Below, piece after piece: positions 38,966-52,411 of a stretch of 64,000 nucleotides of DNA. The position numbers and the translations under genes were made by a program. The stretch spans positions 310,001 to 374,000 of the forward strand of contig NW_019028994.1 of assembly GCF_002105155.1 (NCBI RefSeq), read 5' to 3'. Origin of the DNA: Lobosporangium transversale. Its lineage: Eukaryota. The notes beneath the pieces were generated by a model, which ran no database searches, was not told the DNA's origin, and was given only the letters and a program-made list of their open reading frames with translations. Every line of letters begins with the position of its first letter. Within the stretch, counting starts at the first letter, position 1.

Positions 38966-39298
38966 ATGGCAGAAAGACACACTGGCTTCAGCCCTTCCTT
39001 GGTACGACCGATGCAATTTCGTAACCCGGCAGGCGGCTTTCTACTTTATCGTCGTACTCGTTCAGATGAAGTATCAGCTTTTGCGGAGAGGCCAACATCT
39101 GCTGCTGAAATTTCAAGGATACTTGCAAAACTTTGGAGAAACGAATCATCCGAGACCAAGGCCCGGTATCGAGCTTTGTCAGAGAGACTGCCATCAGAAG
39201 CGGCGCATGCCTACCCTATTTACCATATCCCTCTGCGAAGACAGATCATGGGAAGAGAAGGGGAAAAAAAGGCAGTCGGCATCTTTGCTCGCTTATAA
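38966..39298 (+). CDS. Small intronless divergent HMG-box (MATA_HMG/SOX-like) protein
   Basis: RNPAGGFLLYRR..SAAEISRILAKLWRNESSETKARYRALSE..AYPIY matches the HMG-box pattern. TATAAAAA at 38767-38774. Confidence 0.7.
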   Translation: MAERHTGFSPSLVRPMQFRNPAGGFLLYRRTRSDEVSAFAERPTSAAEISRILAKLWRNESSETKARYRALSERLPSEAAHAYPIYHIPLRRQIMGREGEKKAVGIFARL

Positions 39299-39845
39299 CT
39301 AAACCAAACCAGACTAAGCTAATCAAAATGCAGACTTTGTGTTTACTCGAGTATACAGAATAACAATAAAAAAAATTTTTTTTTTATTTTTTTTATTTGA
39401 CTTGACACAGATTTCAGATTTCATCATATTCGTTTCATTCAGCAGATTAAAACCTGTACGTCGTCAACTGTCAATTGAATATATTCATTATTGACGCGTT
39501 TCTTTTTTTAATAAACGCGTCCATCAATGGTTCATTCACGAAACTCAAGAATAGCCTTCGGAGAATAAAAAAAAAAAAAGCATCATTCTTGTAGTCACAT
39601 GCTTCATTATTCTAATTGATCAACGAGACAGAAGACGTTTTAAATGCGAGCGCGCTTGTTGTGTTATACAATCATCAATACAACTGGCTTTTTTTTTTTT
39701 TTCCTTGACTTGAAGGAAAAAAAAAAAAAAGGCCTCTAATAGTTTGATCAAGATATATATTTTTTCTAAGTATATATACCATTTTATCCTTATACGATGT
39801 AAGCAAAGAAAGCTAGATATATGATTTGATGGGGAAAAAAAAGCC

Positions 39846-39854
39846 TATATAAAA
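39846..39854 (+). promoter_or_regulatory. TATA box of the secreted repeat-protein gene
   Basis: TATATAAAA about 110 nt upstream of ATG 39964. Confidence 0.55.
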
Positions 39855-39963
39855 GAAGTTCTTTGGAGCCTCTTTTAACAAGGCAAACCACACCACAGAT
39901 CCGTTTCCTTCTTATTTCTCTCTACAGCCTATTCTTTTACAACCATCAAGTTATTCAAAAAAC

Positions 39964-40890
39964 ATGCATGCCGCACTCAAGTTCACTACCGCTTTTGTCG
40001 GTCTCGCTTGTGTCATCCAAGCTGCTCCCGTGAGTAGCCGCTGTATCGGTGCTGAATGTTCCCAATCCGCAAATTCCGGATCCGTCCTTGTGGGCTCTAC
40101 TACCAATGTGGTCCCATTGACGCAAGTCGTGCCAGTGACGCGCTACCAACCTCTCGTCCAAGCATACGCGCCCATTGTCCAGTCTGCATGCGCTGAGCCT
40201 CTGACGGAGAGCTTACCGTTCTCCAAGGCTTCGCTCCAATATGACCGATTTGGCCCCATGAGGTCCGGTGAGAGATTGATGTTCGAAAGCGGTCGTCGTA
40301 TGCCTTTCGAGCCCATGTTGAGCCGATTCATCAAGCGTAGTGAAGAGGAAAACGAGGCCAGTAAGCACCACATGACCAAGCCTGAGGGATGCGTCCTGGA
40401 TACCAAAGGCACAGAGTCATGTGAGCAAAGCGTACCTGCAAGCACTGTAGATATGGGTTCGATGGTCACTGCGGAGCCCAAAAACGTGATTTTGCCCTCG
40501 ACAGTTTATCAAGGCCACGTCAAGGATAAAGGGCCTGATATCTATGCTGCGCCTGAACAACATAGTGCATTGAGCCAAGCAAATGTGAACCTGGGTTCTA
40601 ACGCGATTGTCCAGCCTGTGACCAAGGTGGTGCCTTCGACCACTTACCAGCCCTCAGTTGAGAACAAGGCTACGATTGTGGAAGCAGCCGAGCCACAAGA
40701 CCAGAGCTTGGAACGATCTTCGGCCTCGTTGGGGTCGACTGTGACGATCCGGCCTGTGACGACGGTCAAGCCCTTGACGATCTATCAACCCAAGATTGAG
40801 AGTTTGCCATTCCGTATCCATGATGAGGGTTGTAAAGTTGTATATGTGCATCCCACTGAGGAAAAGAAGGTTGAATATATCCCCTGGTAA
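39964..40890 (+). CDS. Secreted protein with four 46-aa Val/Pro/Thr-rich repeats and a putative Kex2 site
   Basis: Signal peptide MHAALKFTTAFVGLACVIQA|AP; repeat core GS....xPxTxVxPxTxYQPxV four times; FIKR|SEEE; intronless and more GC-rich than flanks. Confidence 0.85.
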   Translation: MHAALKFTTAFVGLACVIQAAPVSSRCIGAECSQSANSGSVLVGSTTNVVPLTQVVPVTRYQPLVQAYAPIVQSACAEPLTESLPFSKASLQYDRFGPMRSGERLMFESGRRMPFEPMLSRFIKRSEEENEASKHHMTKPEGCVLDTKGTESCEQSVPASTVDMGSMVTAEPKNVILPSTVYQGHVKDKGPDIYAAPEQHSALSQANVNLGSNAIVQPVTKVVPSTTYQPSVENKATIVEAAEPQDQSLERSSASLGSTVTIRPVTTVKPLTIYQPKIESLPFRIHDEGCKVVYVHPTEEKKVEYIPW

Positions 40891-40907
40891 ACAAGAAAAA
40901 AAAAAAA

Positions 40908-40942
<35 letters not shown>

Positions 40943-42292
40943 TGGAATAATAGCTTGAAAGAGTAGGTGTCCAGACTAGGAACTCTAGTAATGAATGAAT
41001 GAAACAAATAAAAACAGAAATAAAAAGAAAAAAAAGAAAAAGAAAAAGAAAAAGAAAAATAAAAACTAGCATGTTTTTATTTTTCTCTGATCTCGATAAG
41101 CGACGAGTATAAAAATAGGAAGAGAAGAGTAGGGCGCTCAGAAAAGTATAGTCGCGTAAAAAAAAAAATATTCGCCTTTGGTTATTAGGTTTTTGATGTT
41201 ACACGACGCGCGTTTCTAGGACGGCGAGAGAACACGGTGTTCCTGTGCTCCTTTGTGTTTGTGGCAGTGTTTTAAAAGAATAACCCCCTCGCCACTTGTG
41301 GCGATGTGCTCCTGTAACTGTGCCTGTAAATGTGCCATGTGCCATGTGCCGTGCTGTCATGCGTCATGCGAAAAAAAGGCATATTGTTGTTCTCTTCTTG
41401 TGTATATATATGATGCTAAAACAAAAAACAAAAAGAAAAAAAAAAATAGAAACGCCATTCTTTGTTTTTTAATGGCTATGCTGCACACTTTACTATACCG
41501 TTTTAACAATAATAATGATAATAAAAACAATGAGGATTGAGCTGTAGAAATGTCCGTTCCCATTTCCGAGATGGTGAAGTATGATGACAAGTACATGTAC
41601 ACATATATAGTTCATGTAAATGTATATATAGCCTTTTAGTATTCAAAAAAAAAAAAGGGTTTGATCCCAAACAGGAGGTTGATCATGTCCCATGTTCATA
41701 AAGAAAGACGCATCGCTTTCTAAAAGACGTATATAATATATATCAAAAGAGGAAAGAAAAGAAAAGAAAGGAAACAGATATATATCTGTTCAGGTTCAGT
41801 TACTGCACATTATTCCCTACATTCCTCCTCAAAGGGGATTCATATACAGCACCATCTGTATAACATGTAAATCCGTGTTGGATGGATTGGGCCCTGTAGA
41901 TTTTTGGGTGACATTCATGTAAAAAAGAGATCAATCTAAAAATAGAACGCATCTTTTATATTTTCCGTTAATGTTTTTGTCAGCCAAATCAGTCAATCTG
42001 TTGAACCTAAACAAATCCCTCTCTCTGCTGTACGTACTCTCTTTCTCTTTTACTTACACAACAGTCTACATGAACCTGAGTTATTGTTACTACTGGCTGT
42101 GTGTTTTTTTTTTTTTTTTTTTTTTTTTGGGAAAAAATAAAAAAAAAAAAAAAAAAAAAAGGTGGCAGGGTTTGATCGATTTTTGTACAAATATATATTA
42201 TTGGACCCATCGTGATTCTGCCTGCACCATCGTGATTTGTGATCGATCGTAGTTGCACTGCAGGAACAATTGGCAAGGAAGAAGGAAAGGAA

Positions 42293-42357
42293 GGGAAAGG
42301 GAAAGGGAAAGGGAAAGGGAAAGGGAAAGGGAAAGGGAAAGGGAAACAAGGCTTTTT

Positions 42358-42387
<30 letters not shown>
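42293..42387. repeat. Compound microsatellite (GGGAAA)9 then (TTG)10
   Basis: Direct reading of the sequence. Confidence 0.9.
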
Positions 42388-42388
<1 letters not shown>

Positions 42389-44077
42389 GTAATAGTCTAT
42401 CCAACTACAGGTATACGTGAACATGTACGATAGACGACAAGAGTTTCTCTTTACCCTCATCATGCATCTGTATTACCTAGGCCTAAGGATTATCTGACGA
42501 GAGCAAATAAACGCAAGAACATGGCTTTTGTAAAACATTGGCAAAGACATGGAGATTGAGCAATTCTTTTTTACTTTTATGAAATGAAATACATGTATAT
42601 ACGCATATATATACAGTAAATGATTGCTAGGATCTAAAACGATGAGAGAAAGACAAATGTATTTGTTCGAGAGCATATAGAGAGTGTAAACAGGACAGGT
42701 AAAGAAGGAGTCTTTTTCTTTTATATATATTTATATGTATATATAAATATGTATAGATATAAATGTATTGACAGTAATGGGGGGTGTTGTTCGGTTAATT
42801 GATAAACAAGTTTATTTTTTACTTGTCAATGTAATACACCCTAAAACAAAGGCGTTGGCGAATAACGAGTTGATGGTGGTGCAAGGTTATAGTAAAAGAA
42901 AGCGAGATGGACAGATGAACATGGCCACTTTAAACACAAGTAAGTAAAAAAGTAAAAATGTTTACATCCAGTTAGCCTGTGCCTGTTGCATAATGTCAAA
43001 TACTTTCACAGCCAAAAGAAAGAAATTTTTTTGTTTTTAATACTGCTGGGAAACTTTAAAAAAAAAAAAAAAAAAAGCCTTTGAATGGTGAATGGACCAT
43101 CATCTTTTAATCTCATCTCTTTCATTTGTCATTCTTCCTCTTCTTCATCCTCCTTCTCCTCCTTTCCAGCTAGCACACAGGCACTTGCTTCTTTCATTAG
43201 CATCCATATCATTTGCCAATTCCACTTTGTCTTTGAGATATAACCCGTGGGGGTGAGAGTGTGAAGAATAACGTTACAGAGGTATGTGTTACATGAGTTT
43301 GGTATATGAACAATATAAAAATGACAATGTATATATTTCTTCCCCCCTAAAGAAGATATCAAACTCATTCCATTCCACTCAAACACTCCACACCATTGCA
43401 CACCAACACATTCATTAATTCAATATACCCTCGTCTTCTCTATTGCTCACAAAGCTACTTTTTCTTTTTCTTTTTCTTCTTCTTCTTTTCTTCTCTTCAT
43501 TCATTCATTCACCCATTCACTCATTCACCCATTCACTCATTCACTCAAGCATCCATCCTTCTTCTCCACATATTTCTGTCCTTTTATTTTTTTTTTTTAT
43601 TTTCTTCTTTCTTCCTTCTCTCTTTACTTTTTTCATTTCCACATTCTTGACACAGCACACTTATTTTTTTTCTGTTCCTGAATAATTTTGAAACAAAACT
43701 CACGACGATCGACCCCAGACTTCGTTCTTTCAAAACCAGACCAACGAACGAATTATATCCCAAAATAGTGTCTGTCCTTCCTTCCTCCCCTCCCCACTCT
43801 CTCTCCTTTGCTCCCCTTGCTCCATCCCCAATATCTCTAAAGAATCAACAGTAACTGAACAATTACTGCAAGCAGGGGAAAAGAAAAAAAAAACAAAAGC
43901 AAAGCAAAGCAAAGCAAAGCAAAGCAAAGGACCTTTAGTCATTTCCTTCCTCCTACCTTTTTCCTCATCCTCTTCTTCCCCTCCCTCCTCCTTTCTATAA
44001 ACCCTTTTATATATATATATAAACGCCCTTTATCTTATTCTTTTTTTTAATAGAATCACCTAATATCAAAATAAATA

Positions 44078-47000
44078 ATGTCTGGCAGACCGAGCGGTGT
44101 GGGGCCCCGTCGAGGGGCGACCCTGAATCGTGGCAAGACCTTGTCTCGGCCAGATCGATTCCAGACTCCAGAGACGATGTTCAAGAAACGAAAGGAGAAT
44201 GAGCCCGCGTCCTGTTGGGTGATTTGTTCCAGAATCGTCACCTGTTGGGCTCTACCCCCGTTCTTACGTTGGGCCGGCATCCATGAAAAACCCGTTCAAC
44301 AGGCCTGGCGTGAAAAGGTCACCCTTTGTTTCATCATCCTGTTGATCGGAGGAATGGTCGCCTTCTTGACCATCGGATTCGCCTTCTTGCTCTGTCCTTC
44401 CGACCAGAGACAAGGTCAACAGAACTTTGTTCGATTCAATGATACTCAAGGTAAAATTTTTTGCTTCTGTTGTCATCAAAACGGATCTAGGAGAAAGGAG
44501 ATAAAGAGAGAGAGAAAAGGAGAGGGAGAAAGGACTAATTGATTCGCAAATTAAAGGATGGATAGTCTCTATGGCAGTTCTCCCCCTTCCTCCTTTCATT
44601 ATCTTTTGCTTTTTTGCTCTCATTCCTTTTTTTTTTTTTTTTTTTACCACAAAAGAGATGGAGAGAGTTGTTGAAAGGAAATTACGGTGTGTGCTATATG
44701 TATCATATTATCAATGTCGATGACAAAAAAAAAAAACTAACCCCCCTTCCTTGGCCTTTGTGTTATAATATATATTTTTAACAACTCCTCAGCTGCCGGT
44801 CTTTATGGTATCAATGGCTATATCTACGACTTCCGCAAAGGTACTTGGCCTCCAGGCTTCAACGCCAGCAACTTCAAACCAGCGGGCGATATCAGCAACA
44901 TCTTTATCCATGGTCGAGACTCAATCAACTGTCAAGGCCTCACCAGTACAGCAGCTCAATTCGATAACTGTCATACCGCTGCAGGAGGATGTAACAATCA
45001 CGTGGCGACCAAGGAATATCTCAACGGCCTGGGGATCTTTGATGACAACAAACGTAAAGCGGGCTATGATTGGAGTCAGATGGGATTGGAGGAACTTTCC
45101 AACTACATGGTCATCGATGGCAATGTCTTGAATCTGGATCGGTATTTCCAACGATATAGACAACCCATCCAAGGAGACGAAATCGATGCCATCTTTCGAC
45201 ATGTCAGGAGCTTACCCATGCCCTCCGGAGGTCGTGATGCCACAAAGCTCTTCTTCCGACGAGAGTCTGTCAAGGCGAATGTGAATTGTTTGGTCGACAA
45301 GTTTGGTGCGGGATTCATCGATAAGGCCACACCGGGTTGTTTCGCCGCAGATCTGTTCATGTATGTGTCCCTGACCGTGGTCTTGGGCATTGTCCTCTCT
45401 CGTTTTGCGATGGCCATCATCTTTGACTGGTTCCTCTCTGCAAAATTGGCCAAGCCTCCGGTCAAGCCCAAGGTCCATACCATGGCCTCGGCCGCATCCT
45501 CTGGTTCATCCATCTCCGGTTCCACCATCGTCGGCTCTGCCGCTTCTGCCAACTCTGGGAAATCAGGTGCCCTGTCTCGATCCCCCACCAACACCAGTAT
45601 TGCCGGTGGAAACGTTTTGGAATTGCACACAGTCTTGTTGGTCACCTGTTACTCCGAAGGTGAATCATCCCTCCGTACCACCATCGAGTCCTTAGCAGCG
45701 ACTGAATACCCCGACAACAAAAAGTTGCTCTTTATTATCTGCGATGGTATCATTACAGGATCAGGCAATGACCGTTCAACGCCCGATATCTGTGCTAGTC
45801 TAATGGAACTCGACCCAGCCTTTGATTCAGAGCCCACGCCCCAGTCCTACATCGCCGTCGCTGCAGGATCGAAACAACATAACCGAGCCAAGGTCTATGC
45901 AGGCTATTTCCGTTGGAAGAACAAACGTGTGCCCACAGTGCTGGTGGTGAAGTGCGGTAATGAGGAGGAACATGAGAAGCCCAAGGCCGGTAACCGTGGA
46001 AAGCGTGATTCCCAGTTGATTTTGATGAACTTCTTCTCACGTGTGACCTATAACGACCGAATGACACCTCTGGACTATGAACTCTTCCGGAAGATTCAAC
46101 ATCTGATGGGCGTTACCCCGGATCGATTCGAGATTGTGTTGATGGTGGATGCAGACACAAAGGTCTATCCGAGTTCATTAAGGCTGTTGATGAACTGTAT
46201 GAATAACGATCCGTTGATTATGGGGCTCTGTGGAGAGACCAAGATTGCGAACAAGCGCCAGTCCTGGGTCACGGCAATTCAGGTATTCGAGTACTACATC
46301 TCACATCATCTTGGAAAGGGGTTCGAGTCCGTCTTTGGAGGTGTGACCTGTTTACCAGGATGTTTCTGTATGTACCGCCTCAAGGCCCGGAAGGGCGATG
46401 ACTGGGTCCCGATTATTACCAAACCGGAAATTGTTCAGGAATATTCACAAAACATTGTCGAGACACTCCATCAAAAGAACTTGTTGCTGTTGGGAGAGGA
46501 TCGGTTCTTGACCACGTTGATGCTTCGTAATTTCCCACACCGAAAGATGATGTTTATGCCCCAGGCGATCTGTAAGACAGTTGTACCGGATGAGTTCAAT
46601 GTGTTGTTGTCTCAGAGACGTCGTTGGATCAACTCTACGATCCATAATTTGCTCGAATTGGTGTTGGTGCGTAATCTGTGCGGGACATTCTGTTTCTCGA
46701 TGCAGTTTGTGATTTTCATGGAGTTGATCGGAACAGTGGTCTTGCCCGTGGCGATGATCTTGACGTTTGTCCTGATTGCTAATCTGGCGGTGATGACGAT
46801 TGAGACGATCTCACAGGCAGTGCCGTTGATCCTGTTGGTCTTTGTCATGACCATGCCCGCGATCCTGATCTTGTTGACGACTCGAAAACTGATTTATATT
46901 GCTTGGATGTTTGCTTATCTCTTGGCTTTGCCTGTCTGGAACTTTATCCTTCCCGTGTACGCCTACTGGCATTTCGATGACTTTTCCTGGGGAGAAACCC

Positions 47001-47521
47001 GCAAGGTGGAGGGAGAAGCCAAGGGAGAAGCTCATGGAAATGCAGATGGAATCTTTGATGCCTCTCGTGTGCCTCTCAAGCGTTGGGATGATTACGAGAA
47101 GGCTCGTGTTCGACAAGTGAAGCGTATCGAACGTGCAGAACGTCAACGGGCTCAGGGATCACCCTATCTTCAATCGGCTGCACCGAGTGTCTTTACGGCG
47201 GATGATAACGAGTCGGATATGATGAGTGATCTGGGTCCACAACAACAACATTATGATTATAACGGTCGTCAAGTCATGAGTACTCCGCTGGTCGGGAACC
47301 AGGCTCGACCTATGATGGGTCTTGGTATTGGACCAGGAGGTCCTCCAGGAGGTGTTCGATTTGGTCCTCCTTCACCTGGCTTCCAGCCCATGTCTCCTAA
47401 TAGCCCTGGTGGTGGCCCTATGCCCACAAGTCCTATGATGCCCCCTCCTGCTAGCCCTGGCGGCATGCGGAGGAATCGCAGTAATGCAGGACAAGGATCA
47501 CCTGCTCCTCCACCACAGTAG
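44078..47521 (+). CDS. CHS3: Chitin synthase, class IV (Chs3-like); intron 44451-44792
   Basis: QQAWREKVTLC, LVTCYSEGE, GNRGKRDSQ, LMVDADT, CLPGCF, LHQKNLLLLGEDR, SQRRRWINST, WHFDDFSWGETR. The splice keeps frame. Confidence 0.93.
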
Positions 47522-48221
47522 ATAATAGATATATATATATATATAAAATACCACTGCATATTGTCTGTACACACTACATTATTCCAAAAAAAAATAAAAA
47601 AAAGAAAGAAGGATACAAATAAATATATATATATAATCTCATTCATTGTATATAAAAAAAAAAAAACCAAAAAGGCATGGGCAAAGATAGCAATTGAATC
47701 TCCTCTTTACTCCTTTTATTTTCTTAATGTGTTTCGAATGTTGCCATGTGTGTGTCCAGTAAAGTGTTTAAGATGGAGTTACATGTACAAATATTATTGT
47801 TACACATTAAAGTTTAAAGGGATGCATCATCTACATGTATCAAATTTTATTTTTTTTTTCTTTCTTTTGTACGACTCCTCTGATTTGCTCGTTTTGTTGG
47901 CAAAGTTTAATTATTTTATTTATTTGGTAAGCAAAATGAGAAGAGGCATGTTGATTTGTTTAAAGGCATGCAAGCTAAAATGTAATGCAGATGAATGAAT
48001 AATTGGACAAAAAACAAAAAAAAAAAAAAAAAAAAAAAAATATGTGTGTATGTGCAAAATGGGGAGGAATTTGTTTTTTCCCTTGATAAATGTGTAAAAT
48101 AAAAAAAAAATATAAAAAAAAAAAAGATGGTCTATGTGCATAATAGGAGTAAACAGGGGAGGGGAAAGTAAGGAATGAGTCCAAAACTGTAAATTAAGAT
48201 GAAGCAATCAAAGAGTGCTTC

Positions 48222-48250
<29 letters not shown>

Positions 48251-48255
<5 letters not shown>

Positions 48256-50665
48256 CTGATCCATCAAAGGTCTTTTTTCGGACACGAGGCATGCGTCCAC
48301 CCATACGAGGCATATCACTCTCGTCCTGTTGTGAAATTCCTGACCTTTGTGAAAGATCAGAGGCTGTATGTGAAAGAACACCTCTTGTGGCTGTCTGATA
48401 CTGACTGCTGTTATTAATGCCATTATTGCCGCCGTTGATGCTATTGTTATTATTGTTGCTGCCGCTGCTACCGCTGCTACTGTTGTTGTTGTTGTTGTTG
48501 TTGTTGCTGTTGTTGTTGGTGTCGCCATTGGTATTATTGATCTTCATTTGTGGCTCACCGTTGACACCATCATTAAAAGCGTTGTAGGGTACTGGGGGAG
48601 CATCCAAGGATGATCTTAATTCGCTGGTAACAAGGGCTGTCATGCTGGCAGAGCGGAGCGAGGTTGGACGCGTGGATTTTGGGATAGGTGGTGGAGAGGA
48701 TGTTTGGGTGATAGCTGGCTCTGCAGCAGGCATGGCTACTGGAGATGGAGTCCTGATCGATGTAAACGGAGCTGGGACACGAACAGGAGCTGGAGCCTGG
48801 ACTGGGGCTGGAGTGAGACTCGGGCCTGCAGCGGGGATTGGATGGAGATCAGCAATTGAGGCGGGTAGTGGTGCTGTATGTCGCACAAGGTCTGGCGCAG
48901 AAGATTGCTTGAGACCCATGGAATAGAGCGGAGATTTGATGACTGGCCTTTCCAGTAACGAGGGTTCCAAAGGATCGTCCAGAAAATCGTTAAAGTAGTC
49001 GTAGAAGCTAGAAGAAGGAGGCTCGACATTTATAGGGGGCAAGATGCTTCGTCTTACGGGGAAAGGTGAGGGTGGTGGTACAGAGAAAACAACGGGAGGA
49101 GGAGGACGATAATAGGGATTGAGTGCTGGGTCGATGGGTGGAGGAGGAGGATGGTATGTTGGGTCGTATTGCGAATTGTGTCGGGTGGTTCCTCCATCTG
49201 CAGAGACATAAACAGATCCCAGAGGGCTGAGAGGCTGAATTGGAGATATGGACCGAGGTACCTCTGATGATGGATCATTGCGTGGTCCAAAGCGCTGCTG
49301 TTGCTGCTGTTGCTGCTGTTGCTGCTGTTGAGAGGGTGGGGGAGGAAGGGGAGGGGCGGTAACAAACTGCTGCGAGAAATGTCTAAACTCGTGAGGATGG
49401 TTGGCTACAGGTGGAGGAGGAGGAGGAAAGTCCATGGAATGCGAACGATGCGGAACCCATGGTAGGGATGAACGACGCCCATGGTCCTCGCTACGTCCGC
49501 GAGCGGAGCTATCCCATCCGTTGTTGTTGCTAGTGTTGTTGGTTAGATTAAGTGGAGCGGAGCTCCTGGATTGACTCTCGCACACCACGCCTGCTGGGAA
49601 ACTTTCATGTCCCGAAGGTTGGTCTACTGGTACCATGGTTGTATTACTTGTGGTGGAGGAACTAGTGTTAGTGGTGGGGGAGGTCTCCCGGGACCGGAGT
49701 TCCTCATGACTCTGCTGCTCCTGCAAACGCTGTGATTGATCTTGCAAGCCATTTTGATCCTGAGACCTTGGGACAGGCCCGTACAGGTCTTGGACAGGCG
49801 GGACCTGCTGATAATACTCTAGGGGTGATTTCTTGTTCCACCACTCTGGTTGTTGTTGATGCAGTTGGCGTTGGCGTTCGTCTTCGTAATCGTCGCTGTT
49901 CTGTCCTATGCTACGGGCATTAGAAATGAGGCCTTGGCCAGGTAAGAGTCCGTGGACAGAAGATCCGCTCCGATGATGTTGACGGACAGAGTCTGTACCA
50001 GAGCCTCGTCTGCTACGACCACCTGCAAGGGCAGCAGCAGCAGCGGCCATCATGTTTTGACCACTGCCTCGGAGACTTGATCTTGATCCTCCGATTTCAG
50101 TCATACGCTGCTGTTGGTGATACAGTTCAGCCTCCCGTAGTTCATTTCCACGCTGTTTGAGCCTGTTTCGATCTCTTCTCCTACCCCGACATATTACGAG
50201 GATCAGGGCCAGGACGACCAAGAGCACTGCAAGACCGGCTCCAGCAATGATTGCAATCACATTCTGGGGTAGACCTCCTTTGCCACCACCGGTACTTGCA
50301 TCCGAACCTGAGAACAATGTTGTAGTTGTAGTTGTAGTTGTTTGAGTGAGAGGAGAGGTTGAAAGGGAGAATGTAGGGGAGAATGTTGCCATAGTAGTTG
50401 AGGCTGTCAAGCGCAAAGATGTCGTGACAGGTTTGGCAGGACCTGGTGGTTTAGGTGTTGTGGAGGTGGGTTTTGGCTTTGGCTTTGGTTTTGGTGGATT
50501 TGTAGGTTGAGGATTCGGAGGGTCAGGGACGACAGCCATGGGTGGGGTTTTATATTCCTGAGCGATTGGAGTTTTAAGTGAGAGTGGTATGGACGAGGGG
50601 GAGGATGACCCCTGACGGGAAGGACGACCCTTTCCGCTGGACGGGCGTAGTGTAGAGGAAAGCAT
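48251..50665 (-). CDS. Single-pass membrane protein with Pro/Thr/Ser-rich N-terminal region and long low-complexity cytoplasmic tail (Mid2/Wsc-like topology)
   Basis: Long ORF with first ATG at 50665; TM helix VIAIIAGAGLAVLLVVLALILVIC followed by RGRRR; poly-P/Q/N tail. Confidence 0.75.
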
Positions 50666-50812
50666 TGTGCTTTCGATTGATGTTGAAGTGAATGGGATGG
50701 ACAGGATAGGATAAGGATAGGATAGGAATGCAACAAGGATGGGGTGATTGAGAGGGCTGAATAATGAAATATCTAATGAAGCGCGACCGTTAAACCGAGG
50801 GGAATGAGACAA

Positions 50813-50848
<36 letters not shown>

Positions 50849-52411
50849 CTTTGTTGAAGAGAATGGGGAATGAGGAATGAGGAATCAAAAAAAAAAAAAA
50901 AGAAAAAAAAGCAAGTGAGTGAGTGAATGACCAAGAAAAAGAGAGAAGGAGAAAGAGAAGGAAAGGAAGAAAACAAAGAGTGGATTCAATGGGTCAAAAA
51001 AGGATTGTTGGATTGTTGGATTGTTGGATTGTTGGATTGTTAAGTGACAGTCAACCTTTTAATGAAAAGGAAAACTTGTTACTGTTGTGATACAGTTTCT
51101 ACCCTAGGAGATTTATTTTCTTTACATTTCACACAAAAGAGGAGGCGATGGATATTTTCCTCATCGCCCATCCGATGGTATCGATCTCGAAATTGTTGTA
51201 CAGCCCCCTTCCCATCCCATCCCATCCCCCTTCATTCTCCATCATCATTCTCTTGTCCTACTTTTTTCTTACCTTTACTTTCCCACTCTTATTGGTCTTG
51301 GAAGAAAAAACCTTTTGGTTTGTTATTTGTACGCTGTTGCATGTTTATTATGTTGTACAAATTTGTGTTGTGTGTGTATTGACTATCTCCATCATGCCCA
51401 TGCTATGCCATTTACACTCTTGCACCTCTTGCCATTATGCCATGCTATCCTCCTTCCCCTACTCTCTTGGCATGACCAACCAAAACAGATGTAAACAATC
51501 CATCCAAATTCATATCTCAACGTGCGCACGTTTTTTCTTTTTTTATTTTTTATTTTTTTTATTCTGCCATGTTGTCACGCTCTTTGGCTATGATTCGATC
51601 GCTTTACTTTTGCTTCTTTTGCACAAGCCTTTTCTTTAAAAAAGAAGGAAAAGAAAACAAAGAAAAAAAAAAAAATGTCATCATGTCATTTCCATCAGAT
51701 CCTTTTTTTTTTTTTTTTTTTTTTCATTTCATTGTTGTTCTGTTTATGGTTGGTGCCCTTTATTCTTTGTTTCTGAGTAGCATGAACGTGAACATATCTT
51801 CTTTCTTTTCTTTCTTTTTCTGTCTTGGATGTTTAAAAATAAAAAAATATAAAAATATAAAAGGTCTCTTTATCCAAAGAAGTAAAAAAACAAAAAGAAA
51901 GAAAAAACCTCCTCCTCCTCCTCAGATGGCTATAGATCGAATGCAGGTCTTCAGATGTTGCAATGGATTCAAGTCACATTGTTCACACGCTCCAAAGAGG
52001 ATAGATATTTTAGATTTGTATTTGTTATGCATGTCATGTGCAAATCAGGGTTAGAGGCGAAATGCTCATTAATTTTATCCCTCCGATGCATGCACTGAAG
52101 CAAGGGTTAATGCTAATGGCATGCAATCAAAATTTTTTTATTTATTTCCCTTTTGGTCGATGCGGGAAGTCCCCTCACCGCAAAATTTTTTTTTTTTTTT
52201 TTTTTTTGGTTCTTTTCTTTTCTTACATGGTGTCAATGCAGCTTGTTGCGGCTATATAAATGCTCATCTACATGCTCATTTCTCATGTCAATTATCCGAA
52301 ACGATTACAATTTATGCTTGTGCTTGTGCTTGTGCTTGTGCTTATGATTATGGCTATGAATTAGATTATGATTATGATTATGACTATGATAGTTGCTGCA
52401 AGCCTCCTTGT

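Noticed and set aside
38966..39298. Calling the HMG gene sexM/sexP
   Set aside because: No tptA/rnhA flanks and a degenerate motif; kept only as a generic HMG box.
40900..44070. Numerous short ORFs rich in poly-K/poly-F, and repeats that might suggest a CRISPR-like array
   Set aside because: They derive from homopolymers and microsatellites in the long chitin synthase upstream region; there is no repeat-spacer structure.
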